A stretch of 64,000 nt of DNA from Octopus sinensis (GCF_006345805.1 NC_043001.1:41788001-41852000); one strand, 5' to 3'. Numbered from the stretch's first letter, positions 16,200 to 27,214 are shown. Notes: generated from the sequence alone by a model not told the origin. Numbers and translations are program-made.

Positions 16200-16242
16200 C
16201 CACTACAATTGTTTCTTGTCTTGATCGACAATCTTCAGGTGG
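16200..16242 (-). ncRNA. Minimal type I hammerhead ribozyme (mirror copy)
   Basis: Exact reverse complement of 16282-16324. Confidence 0.85.
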
Positions 16243-16281
16243 ACTTCCAATAAGTCAGTTTCAAACTGACTTATTGGAAGT

Positions 16282-16324
16282 CCACCTGAAGATTGTCGAT
16301 CAAGACAAGAAACAATTGTAGTGG
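16282..16324 (+). ncRNA. Minimal type I hammerhead ribozyme
   Basis: CCAC CTGAAGA TTGTC gatcaa GACAA GAAA CAATTG TA GTGG; intact core, palindromic stem III, GUA site (cut after 16320). Confidence 0.85.
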
Positions 16325-16674
16325 CGTTTTTTTTGACTATTTATTAAAATTTTATGTATTGATTAAGTCTTTCCTTGTTTGTTTTGCAAAATAGTGGTTT
16401 TGTCTCTAATAATATTTTATAATATTTTACTATAAAATTGGATTTAATCCTAAATCTGATTTTTTCCCTGTAAATTTGGATTTATTCCCTAATATTTATT
16501 ATTATATATATATATATATATATATATACATGTGTATATTTAGGGATAACCAATATGCTAGAAAAAGATCACATACGATCTAACTACAAAGAAACGAATG
16601 TTCTCTAGAGAAATTCAGCAAACACCAGAACATAAGCGGGTAAGACAGAAGAAAATATATAAAAATCCAGAATT

Positions 16675-16749
16675 AATCGTAGACCTGTTTCACCTATTAC
16701 CGATAATTACTTACGTAATTTTTTCATCCGTAGACTCTTCAGTACGATT
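16675..16749 (-). ncRNA. Type I hammerhead ribozyme
   Basis: AATCGTA CTGAAGA GTCTA...AATTACgtaaGTAATT...TAGGT GAAA CAG GTC TACGATT; 7-bp stem I, GUC site. Confidence 0.8.
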
Positions 16750-17704
16750 GTTCCAATTCAATATAATTTGTAGAACTAAACACTAGTTGTCCTTATAAAA
16801 TTAGACATGTGCATAGTTCTACTAATCACATTGGGGTTATTTTCAAATGTCTAAGTTCTGGTGCGCTAAATTCTAGAAACAGTTCTGCAGTAGATAATTT
16901 ACTGCAGTAAATTATCAACTATATATATATATATATACACAAATATATAAAAACACTAAACTCATTATTATAGTAGGAGATAGTTATTATTACTAGGAAA
17001 ATAATTATTATTATTAATGTTATTAAATTCTTTATAATTTAAGGAAGATATAATATCACCTAAGCTAGGCATTGTGGAATTAGAGAATTTTACTGTCTGT
17101 TTGTTGAATATTTTGTGGCAGAGAGTGTTTTTCTAATAGTTGAAAGAATGGAAAAGGTATTTTAGTGGATTCATGACTACTTAAGGGAGCATTGTAGCAT
17201 ATGATTTTTCAGATAAGTGATTTATTAGATTTGCAACATTTATTACTTTAATTACTATATATAGATAGTTGAGGTGAAAGAAGAAAGAGCAAATCAAAGA
17301 TTACAGAAAAAGGAAAATGAGAGAGTTATATACATATATACACATACACACATTTATAACCTTAGCATTGAAAAAAATGCATGTATGTGTATGTAGGTAT
17401 ATGTATGTGTGTAAATGTATGTGTATATGTATATACATGAATATATTTAGCTGTGTGTGTGAATATGACTATTTCTTGTGTATATGTATCAAAATATTGA
17501 TTTTTTTATGATTGCATGTGTATGCAGATATATATAAGTGTATGTACATATGTGGATATATGCATTACATTCACATATGCAAACCTGCATTTTCATGAGC
17601 ATACATATGTGTGTGTGCATTTGTATGTGTTGTTTGTATATATGTGTATGTGTTTGTGTGCGGAATTGTTTACACACACACACACGTGTGTGTATATATA
17701 TATA

Positions 17705-17739
<35 letters not shown>

Positions 17740-17826
17740 TAAGGTATGTAGAAAAATACAACATGGACAAGAACGTATAACTCTTAGAAGACGATACAAT
17801 AAACAAGGACAGGACATTCGAACCCC

Positions 17827-17889
17827 TCAGTCTTCAGTCAAGAACCGGATCATCGTAGTAATTTCGGCTGATTAATCTTGAGATTACTA
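17827..17889 (-). ncRNA. Candidate hammerhead ribozyme with non-canonical strand order
   Basis: TAGTAAT C TCAAGA ttaa TCAGCC GAA ATTACTA cgatgatccggt TCTTGA CTGAAGA CTGA; perfect stems I and III abut the core residues. Confidence 0.5.
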
Positions 17890-18120
17890 GATCACGGCCA
17901 GCCCTCCAAGAAAAACTAAGCAACGAGCATTAGAAAAACTAAGCTGGAAGCGTAGATTTCCTGGAAGAAGGATCGAATGCATACGAACACCAGGACAGCA
18001 AAAGGGACAGATATAAAAAAAAACAAAAAACAATAATGGAATACAGAAACATGAAATACAGAAGCATTAACGGTGAAAACAACAAGTGTCTTACGACTGA
18101 TAACAAGCAAACAAATTTTT

Positions 18121-18159
<39 letters not shown>

Positions 18160-18280
18160 TGAATGAGGGAGATAAACTGAACATGTGTATATGTGTAAAT
18201 ATGTATGTGTATTTGTATGTATAAATAAGACAACGTATAAAAAAATGGTCATTACATATTTTTTTTTATTGTAGTAAGTT

Positions 18281-18405
18281 TAAATTACAGCTGTTTCCAG
18301 TAGCCAATATGGGTTTGTTATTGATAGGTTTACTCAATTGGTCCATTGGTTGTTTGAGAAAAACTGAATGACCTAAAAAAATTAATACTACTTTCATCAG
18401 AATCA
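18281..18405 (-). ncRNA. Type I hammerhead motif with long stem II
   Basis: TGATT CTGATGA aAGTAGT...(long insert)...GCTACTg GAAA CAGCTG TA ATTTA; palindromic stem III, one mismatch in stem I. Confidence 0.6.
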
Positions 18406-18765
18406 TTTCTTGTTATAACATGCTACAGGCATGGGTGGGTGGGGGCAAAGAGAGGCAATAAGAAACAATATAAGATAAGTAGAAGAGATAAACAGTAAAG
18501 GGAAAGAGAAGGACTAAAGTGAAGAGAAGGAAAGAAAGGAACAGAGGAAGAAATAGGAAGAATAGAGGAGGGAAGGCATTCCAAAGAAAAGGGGACAGAG
18601 AATGGCTAGAATTAAGGAAAGGAGAGTCATAAAAACATTAGTGCTTGTAATAGATTTATTACACAGGAAAACATTTTCATTGTTTTCAGCTCATACTATC
18701 CAGATAACCACATTATATACATTATTTCCATTTGACGGATATTTGTCCTCATCTTATTTGTTGTT

Positions 18766-18811
18766 AACACAACGTTTTGGCTGATATACCCTCTAGCTTT
18801 CATCAGGTGTC
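18766..18811 (-). ncRNA. Minimal hammerhead ribozyme, probably inactivated (GAAA->AAAA)
   Basis: GACAC CTGATGA AAGCTAG...TCAGCC AAAA CG TT GTGTT; stem I GACAC/GTGTT, ACGT palindromic stem III. Confidence 0.65.
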
Positions 18812-18880
18812 TTAGGGAAATTTCGAACCTGGGTTCATATTCCTAATGTGTTCTTCAATATTATTGTTATTATTATTCAG

Positions 18881-18958
18881 GTCACTGCCTGGAATCTAAC
18901 TCGGACTCTTGGGGATAGTAGCCCGTGCTCTTAACCACTACGCCATATACCCATGGGC
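18881..18958 (-). promoter_or_regulatory. tRNA-derived segment with Pol III A/B boxes inside the Penelope 3' region
   Basis: TGGCGTAGTGGTTAAGAGC (A box) ... GAGTTAGATTCC (B-box-like); no complete cloverleaf. Confidence 0.6.
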
Positions 18959-20948
18959 AATTATGGAGTGAATTTTAGGGCTTATAAATCTAATATTTTC
19001 CTATCCTTCCTTAATACCGGTTCCTATATGCTACTTATATCTACATTCAGTCTTAGGAGGTTGTTGTGTCCTAACATATGTACTGCTTCTTTTAGTTTTC
19101 ATATTTTCCAGTGGTGTTCTCTGTCTATTATTTTAACTTCATCCCACAAGGGGAGATGGTCTCCGTTTTTCTGTATATGATCAGCTATACCCAATTTGTC
19201 AATATCTCCTTGTGTCACAGCTTTGTGATGTTCGTCTACCCTTATTTTGAAGGGGCAGCATGTTTCGCCTTTGTATAACCTACCACAACTGCATGGGATG
19301 GAGTACATGCAGTCTTTGGCCATATTCTCTTCAATTGATGGTTTTACTCGGAGATATTTGCAAAGTGTTGTATTACTCTTGAATACTGTCCTGATGTCAT
19401 ATGGGCCGCATATCTTTTGCATCTTTTCAGAAAGGCCTTTCACATAGGGTAGACAGACTGTGGACAGTTTATTGGTTTCATCCTCTCTTTTCTTCATAAT
19501 TGGAGTAGACAGTATGTTTTTAGGGTAGTTTTTGCTTAATAGATTGTTACTGAGCTTGATCATTTCTTCGTGGTGGGTATCATAATCGCTACTTATATTC
19601 TTTGCTCAATGTTTTAGGCACTGAGCAATCCCTCTCTTTACACTGTATGGATGGTGGGGATTGAATTTGAGGTATCATCCAATGAAGGTTGGCTTGCGGT
19701 ATACAGATATCCTGAATCCATACTTGGTGTGTGTTATTGATACGACCAGGAATGCTAGCTGATAGTCTTTTCCCTTTTCCACTGTGAACTGTAAGGATGG
19801 CTTTATTGAGTTCACATGATCTAACAGCACATGGACATCTTCTTGGTGGGGCCAGAGTATAAAGGTGTCATCAACATATTGCAGCCATAAGGTTGGTTTT
19901 AGTGGTGTTGAGCTTAAAGCCAAATTCTCAAAGTATTCCATGTATACATTAGCTATTATCAGTGATGATGATGAGCCCATAGTTAAACCCTCTTCTTGTC
20001 GATATATATCATTATCCATACTGATGTAGGTAGTTTCTACACAGAAGGTCAACATCTCCATCAGGTTTCTTATTGGTATACTAGTGCGTTCTTTTAGATG
20101 GGTGTCTGTCACTAGTTTTTCTTGAATCATCGATAGTGATTCACCAGTTGGGACTTTGGTGAACAGACTTATCACATCTAGACTCACCATGTGGTTGGAT
20201 TCAATGGGGGTATCCTTAATCAATTCTGTAAAGTGGATGGAATTCTTCATGTACAATGTTGACTTTCCTGCTAATGGACTGATTATATCCACAAGGAAGC
20301 AGCTCAGTGGTTGACATGCTGAACCTCTACAGCTCACTATAGGTCTTAATGGAATACCATCCGAAGATTCACAAGGATGGTATTCCATTTAGAATAACAA
20401 ATTTCTATACAACATGTTTTGCATTTTTCTTCTAATATATAGGGAAAAATTTCATTCCAGGCAATGCCAGGTGCCTCTGCTAGTATATATGTGTGTGTAC
20501 ATATATGTATGTAAGTTTACATGTGTGTATGTGTGTATATGTATGTATACGTATGTTTATATATGTATATTTATGTGACTATGTGAGTTTTGCATTCTTG
20601 TCCCATTTTGTATTATATATATACATACATATATCTATGTGTGTATGAATATGTATGTGTATATATATGTATGTATCTATCTATATATATACATTTATAT
20701 ATGTGTATGTGTGTATGTATATATATATATATATGTCTTTTTGTACTTTTGGGACTTTTATATGTGTATACATATGTATATATGTATGTGTGCATGTATA
20801 TGTATATATATCTGTGTGTATCTCTATCTATATATGTATATTGATATATTTATTTTTCTGTCTGTATTTATCCATGTGTATTTTTATATATGTGTATGTG
20901 TGTATATGAATATATGCAGACGTATATAAGTGTGTGTATCTATGTCTA

Positions 20949-21406
20949 TCATCATCATCATCATCATCGTTTAACGTCCGCTTTCCATGCTAGCATGGGT
21001 TGGACGGTTCAACTGGGGTCTGGCAAGCCTGAAGGCTACACCAGGCCAGTCAGATCTGGCAGTGTTTCTACAGCTGGATGCCCTTCCTAACGCCAACCAC
21101 TCCGAGAGTGTAGTGGGTGATTTTATGTGCCACCGACACAGGTGCCAGACGAGGCTGGCAGACGGCCACGCTCGGATGGTGTTTTTTATGTGCCACCGAC
21201 ACAGGTGCCAGACGAGGCTGGCAGACGGCCACACTCGGATGGTGTTTTTTTATGTGCCACCGACACAGGTGCCAGACGAGGCTGGCAGATGGCCACGCTC
21301 GGATATGGTGTTTTCGGTGTTTTTCTTATGTGCCACCGACACAGGTGCCAGACGAGGCTGGCGAACGGCTACGATCGGATGGTGTTTGTTACGTGCCCAC
21401 GGCACA
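20949..21406 (-). mobile_element. RTE 3'-end/SINE copy with ~62-bp minisatellite (about 4.5 units)
   Basis: (CAT)n then cgtttaacgtccgctttccatgctagc...; unit tgtgccaccgacacaggtgccagacgaggctggcagacggccacgctcggatggtgtttttta. Confidence 0.85.
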
Positions 21407-21637
21407 TATCTATATATGTGTATATATATATCTATGTGTATATCTATTGATATATATGTATATGTATATTTTTCTGTAGGTAATTAATTTATTAATATAT
21501 TAGCTTTGATTTACAGAGATATTCTTCCTCTTATAAACCAAGTAATATAGTGTTTTGTACTAGAATTATGTTTATATAAATAAGAATAAATTAGAACAAT
21601 TTTTATATATACATATATATGTATATGGGTATGTATA

Positions 21638-21682
<45 letters not shown>

Positions 21683-21766
21683 TTATATGTGTGTGTATGG
21701 ATGTGTGTTTGTGCTCATATGTATGTCTGTGTATATATGTGTGAATATATTTTTATGTATGTATAA

Positions 21767-21799
<33 letters not shown>

Positions 21800-22075
21800 C
21801 TAGCTGGTGTACCTGGTAATTCCTGGGGGTAAAGATGTTATATTGAAACGCCTTAATACTCTGATATAAGAAAGCAATTTCGTTATAACTGCCACAAAAG
21901 GTGTATTTTCCGTCGTGAAAAAGTACAAAAAACTGTCAGTGGGAGGAGGGAGAGATTGTTGGAAGTTGGCAAGAGAGGTTTTCGAAGGTTGGCAAGAAAG
22001 TACTCTGACTTGTCGTGGCATTTTAAAGGTGAACTTTATGAAGGCTAATTTATTAAGCGTAATATATAAGTGTAG
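21800..22075 (-). mobile_element. Non-autonomous Helitron-like element
   Basis: Minus-strand end CCCAGGAATTACCAGGTACACCAGCTAG|T (imperfect hairpin + CTAG). Confidence 0.5.
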
Positions 22076-22963
22076 TATATATGTATATAAATATATGAAT
22101 GAAGTGTTTAATGTTTATGAAATGAAGAAAGTGCAATAATAACGTTCACACTCACTGATGGTTGCTCTTAGTAACTGCCTTTAGCTTATGGAGTTCTTGT
22201 TTTTATAATTATCAAAAAGTAGCCAGAAGGATAGACATATTGTTGAGAACAAATGATTTCGTTGGAGGTCTGTTATCTCCATTCTAGCCCCTGGTGGCCT
22301 AAAAGTGGTTAGAAGGGTGAAGTAGCAAAGACATTATTATGCTTAGTGAAGGCCTCTGGGAAATGTAAAACTGCTGTCATTCACAGAAAAACTATTGTTT
22401 TACCGTGAGAAAAGTGCTGTTGAAGTGTTAAGTGAAATTTGGCAATCGAGGATCGAATCCATACTATGCCTGCATGAACCCGCTACAAATACATTGAGGA
22501 ATATAAATACGAATAAATAAATTAGAACAATTCTTATATACAATTATATCTTTTTAAATAACCATACCTATATGTATTCACTGAGGCACTTTTTTCGTTT
22601 AATGTATTTTATATGGTGTACTTCCTAGCTTATAAACATATAATAACTTATAGCATAATATAACTATTGCCTTACTCTAATTTCGTTCCTTCTGAAAAAG
22701 TTAGTAAAATTATGATACATTTCTTATTTATAGTTTATTTTCTCTTTATCTAAGAAACAATATAGTTTATAATTATCATAGCTCTATGTTTTTGTTATTA
22801 TATTTAAGTTTTTCCCTCTAATAAAATACGTAAATCACGACTTTTTACTCGTTAGTTACTTAGAATAATGTTTATAACAGTAACAATAAATAAATGCAAG
22901 TAGTTATATTTTATCATTATATATAATTATATATATTTTTTGAGTAATCATCTATATTTGAAC

Positions 22964-23019
22964 TCATACTGATGAAGGTTGAGGCCCATTGGGCCAGCAT
23001 CCGAAACCATGGTATATGA
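22964..23019 (+). ncRNA. Type I hammerhead ribozyme
   Basis: TCATA CTGATGA AGGTTGAGGCCCattGGGCCAGCATCC GAAA CCATGG TA TATGA; palindromic stem III, GUA site. Confidence 0.75.
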
Positions 23020-23246
23020 ACATCTGAATGGCATAATCTTTAATGGTATGCTTTTCAATTTCTTAATTCTTTATCTGTTTCCTTGCTTGCTGTCATTTTC
23101 TGTTACTATAGTGCTCTTCAGCAGTTGAATTGGGACTTTAACTCTTATTTCTAAACAGGTTGATGCTTCACACATCCTTATGCTTCATGCTAATTTTTAA
23201 TTTTATACTATTGTATATTATTAAAATGGCCAGTGATTATTTTCGA

Positions 23247-23511
23247 GGCATTCCTTCGATTTGACTCGACAAAAGGATAACAAGACTTCGCTTGTTTTCG
23301 TGACAGCTCGACAATTCACTTTGGATATCTTCATGACCTCTGTGACTGTGACAGCTTGTTCTTGTCTGTGTGTGTTGTAGAATATAGACGCCTGTCACAG
23401 CAGCTGTCACTGTCACTGAGGTCACAAAGATATCCGAAGTGAATTGTCAAGTTGTCACGGAAATGAGCAAAGTCTTGTTATCGTTTTGTCGAGTCAAACC
23501 GAAGGAATGCC
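23247..23511. mobile_element. Fold-back MITE (Merlin-like)
   Basis: ~110-bp TIRs GGCATTCCTTCG.../...CGAAGGAATGCC; imperfect 8-bp flanks ATTTTCGA / ATTCTCAA. Confidence 0.8.
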
Positions 23512-23746
23512 ATTCTCAATTTAAATACATTTAGATTAATATTATTGGAGATATATAAAAACATTTTATGACCGTTGTAAATTTTCTTTACTTAATTATT
23601 TTATCCATTTGAATTTTGTTGTTCTTTCATTGTACTTATTATGTATTTGAATTTTAACACTCACATTCCTAAACAGGTATTTTGAATCAGTAATTTTTGG
23701 CAATTTGGCAATCCTTTACATAGAATTTCGTTTGTCTTTTTGAACC

Positions 23747-23827
23747 AAGGTCCTGAAGAGGCTTGTATACATAGGAATTTTTAATAAATCAACTAATGTA
23801 TATAAGTCAAAACAAATTGTTGGCTTT
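23747..23827 (+). ncRNA. Degenerate hammerhead motif (GAAA->AAAA)
   Basis: AAGGTC CTGAAGA GGCTTGTATACAT...ATGTATATAAGTC AAAA CAAATTG TT GGCTTT. Confidence 0.55.
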
Positions 23828-24107
23828 ATGTTTTTTTTAAAAACTTATGTTATATTATATTTTTTTTAGTATATCATATTTTATATTATAATGTAAATAA
23901 ATTGTTAGTTTGTCAATTGTATTTCTCTATTTCATTTAATATTTGTATTTTGTATTTATACCCTTTTTACTGTGGTATTTCAACTGCTGCACCAGTGAAT
24001 TGGATGTTTTACATCCCTTTGAAGGAATTGTTTTTTCCTTCGTTTGTTTTATATTAATATATATATATATATGTATATATTGCTTTGAGATACATGGTGT
24101 ATTTGGA

Positions 24108-24485
24108 AAGACTCCCTCCCATCCCCCCCACCTTTTTTTTTTTTTTGCCAAAAAATCCCGTTTTCGGGTACGGAGATTCCGGATAATTGCCAAAAATTGG
24201 CATTTTGAAATTTCGCCCCACCCCCAATTTCTTTAATTTCCACTTTTTACTGTAACCCTAACCGTAACTAAAAAAATTTTGGAAATTTTTTTCAGAATCA
24301 TTATCTCCATATATTTTGAAAAAATAATTTCTGAAAAAAAGTTAATTTGCAGGGGTAATTTCAAAATGCCGATTTCTGCCAATTTTTTTGTAGCTTTGTA
24401 TTCTCCGTAGCCGAAAATGGGGGTCTGTGTAAAAAAAAAAAAAAATAAATAAAAGAAGGGGGGGGGGGATACAAAAGGAAGTCTT
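24108..24485. mobile_element. Degenerate MITE-like element
   Basis: AAGACTCCCTCCCATCCCCCC ... GGGGGGGATACAAAAGGAAGTCTT ends; internal inverted ggcattttgaaatt / aatttcaaaatgcc. Confidence 0.5.
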
Positions 24486-25039
24486 GCTGCGTATTTTATA
24501 AATATGCCTGTTCAATTACCATAAAAGCATGAAATTATTAGTAGCTCTTTCGGTTGTGTATTAAATTGATATTTATCTCTCACTAGAGGGAGTACCTTTT
24601 TGTTGATTCTACCTTTAATAGATCTGTAAACTATATTATATATATATGTATATGCACATGTGTGCATATATTTACTTATATACATGCATTCCCACTATTC
24701 CCAGCTGTAACTTATAGAATAAGCACTAGGCTTACAAAAAATAAGTCCTGGGGTCAATTTCTTTGACTAAAATCATTTAAGGTGGTGCTTCAGCATGGCC
24801 ATAGTCAAATGACTGAAACAAGAGAATAAAAGTATATACAGGCACACACACACACATTGTAAGGCAGATAAACAAAGTAAGGCTTAAGACATATATTTAA
24901 ATGGAGCACAAAATATAGATTATAAGATAAAGAAAATAATTTTATGTAATGTCTTGCCTTGACGGTTGTTTCAAGATGGCCATAACCTACATAACTATAT
25001 TCATAAATCAGATGTGCATGAAATCCTTAAAGTTAAGCC

Positions 25040-25700
25040 TCCCTTTCCAAGAGTAGAGTGACAAATAGTGTTAAGTGCAAGGATACATCAACACTATTCA
25101 CATTGTACTTTACCATGCCATTCTTGATGGCTTTTGAAGATTGCTTACATGAAGTTCACATCAGATACTGAACAAGTAGGATGTTGAATATAAGATGGTT
25201 TGCTGCCAAAACAAAGTTGTTCTCATTACAGATATGAGAATTCCTGTATGTTGATGACTGTGACCTTGATACTCATTCCCAGTGACATGTAGCATTTTAT
25301 GGACTCCTCAACAGCATGCAGTGTACTAGGTCTAACAATTAGTCTGAAAAAAAAAATGTCATAAGGAACCAACCTGCATCAGGTAAAGCTTACTCTGAGC
25401 CAAACATGTATATGGACAGAAGCTGCAGGTGTGGATGTATTTTGGCAGTACTGTGAACATGACAAATACTCTTGAAGTTGAAATCTCCCTCTGAAACAAG
25501 AAAGCCAGTGATGCATTTGGAAAATTGTAAAGACATTTATGGCCTCAGCAAGGAATTTTAACCAAGACAAAGTTAAAGTTGTCTTCATTGTTACATGAAG
25601 TTGAAACCTGGGTTACTTACCTGAGATGTAAAGAGGCACGAGTGATTTGACCAACAGTGTCTCTATCATATACTGTGTACTATGTCAAAGCTGCTATCCA
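25040..25700 (+). mobile_element. Old RTE/BovB-like RT remnant
   Basis: gagaattcctgtatgttgatgactgtgacctt = EFLYVDDCDL; highly decayed. Confidence 0.55.
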
Positions 25701-25779
25701 TTGCTCTAAATCCTTAAAATGTCATGTCTCGTATTCCATCTACGTTCAACACTGAATGAATGTATGTATTCATTTGCAA

Positions 25780-26035
25780 TGATACTTTATGAGCTCCACT
25801 ACAGCTCATATTCAGGCCCATTTGAAATACTCAGTAAAAAATAGAGAACTTCTCGATATGAATGAGAAAACAAACCCATTCATCATTGATTGACTAGAAG
25901 ACAGAACAACACCAACCTACCTAACCAGACCAGTTCAACATCAACACATCCTTGCACTGATGCCTCCATTTCTTCTCCAATGGTTACAAGTAGATTTGGT
26001 CAGTGCCACTGGCCTGCCAGATATGTGCAGTTCTT
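25780..26035 (+). mobile_element. Possible Gypsy integrase C-terminal remnant
   Basis: YSGPFEILSK (GPY/F-like) and VTSRFG..HWPARYV-like translation across frameshifts. Confidence 0.4.
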
Positions 26036-27176
26036 AAATTAAAATACAAGATTTCAAATTTGTTATTTCTTGACTTTTAGCTATCTCCTCAAAAGGTATT
26101 AATGTAACAGGAAGTCCAGCCAAAAATTTGAAACCTGAATTCCCAGTCCATTGGTAATATTTTTTTATCACAAAGGTGGCAAGCTGGGTGAAATGCTTAG
26201 CTCAGAATGTAAAAACGTGTTTTTACGTACTGATGTCGACTTTGCCTTTCATCCTTTTGGGGTTGATAAATTAAGTACCAGTTGCGTACTGGAGTTGATC
26301 TAATTGACTGGCCCCCACCCCAAAAATTTTGGGCCCTGTGCCTAGAATAGAAAAGAATATTTTTTTTGTCACAATTCATAGACCTCAACTTTCAAAGTTT
26401 GCTTTTACTATTTGTTCTTGCAAGGAAACAAATTTTATTTTTTTTAATCGATGTAGTCAGTCATTCAAGACTGTCTATCTTTGGCTGAAGTTTACTTCAA
26501 GGCCCTTAAATTCTATGTTTTGCTTGTCTGAAATTTCTTCCCTAAATCTACAGGTTTTGTTAGAACTAAATCATCAATATGGGTGAGTTCTCTAAGAAAA
26601 TTTTAAGTTTTTTCCCCCACATAAAAATGTAAATTCCTCTCACAAGTAATTTTTTATGTACCTAATACTTTTTCTTGGAACAATGGGAAGTATATCTTAG
26701 CCCACTGAAATGCTAATAACAGTTGTTATAAATTTTCTCCAAATTATATCATAGTATACAATATAAAATAACTTTACCTTTCTCTTTTATTTCTTCATTT
26801 TTTAAAATCTTATACCTCACATAAAAAATTATGTGTGTTTCTTCTCCTATTTTGTCACTTTTCGCTATTTTCCTCTCTATACCTTTACTTTTTGAAAACA
26901 TGGTCTTCATCTTAGTTATTTCAATGTTCACCACTAGAAAATAAACATCACTCCCTAATGATATCTGGACATAATGTAGGGTTATTTTACATCTAACATC
27001 GCTTGAATGGTCATGAGTGAAACCTAATGGCTGGATTGAAATGTGTAGGATTCTTTTATGTTTATTTCTTTTGTTGATTCGGTTCTTTTACAGCTTAAAT
27101 CTATTACTTTTTTTCATCAGGACACAAATAAAACTAATCTAGTATCCACCATATTTCTTCTCTATTTTCTTTTATT

Positions 27177-27214
<38 letters not shown>

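Larger units (their letters stand above)
16103..16421. repeat. Perfect 319-bp palindrome (159-bp arms, 1-nt centre at 16262)
   Basis: Arms compared by eye, no mismatch found; flanked by (TA)n. Confidence 0.95.
18640..20390 (-). mobile_element. Penelope-like retroelement (RT + GIY-YIG), 5'-truncated, degenerate
   Basis: PLRPIVS, SLDVISLFTKVP, GLTMGS, QYVDD, VYRKPT (19675-20388); LPYVKGLSE...YSIPCSCGRLYKGET...H (19099-19563); 3' region carries an HHR. Confidence 0.9.

Noticed and set aside
18881-18958. tRNA gene
   Set aside because: A/B boxes are present but there is no acceptor stem or full cloverleaf.
21122-21406. CRISPR-like repeat array
   Set aside because: Contiguous tandem units with no unique spacers, inside a retroposon; eukaryotic context with no cas genes.
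24252-24272. Telomeric TAACCC repeat
   Set aside because: Only 2-3 degenerate units, inside a MITE-like element.
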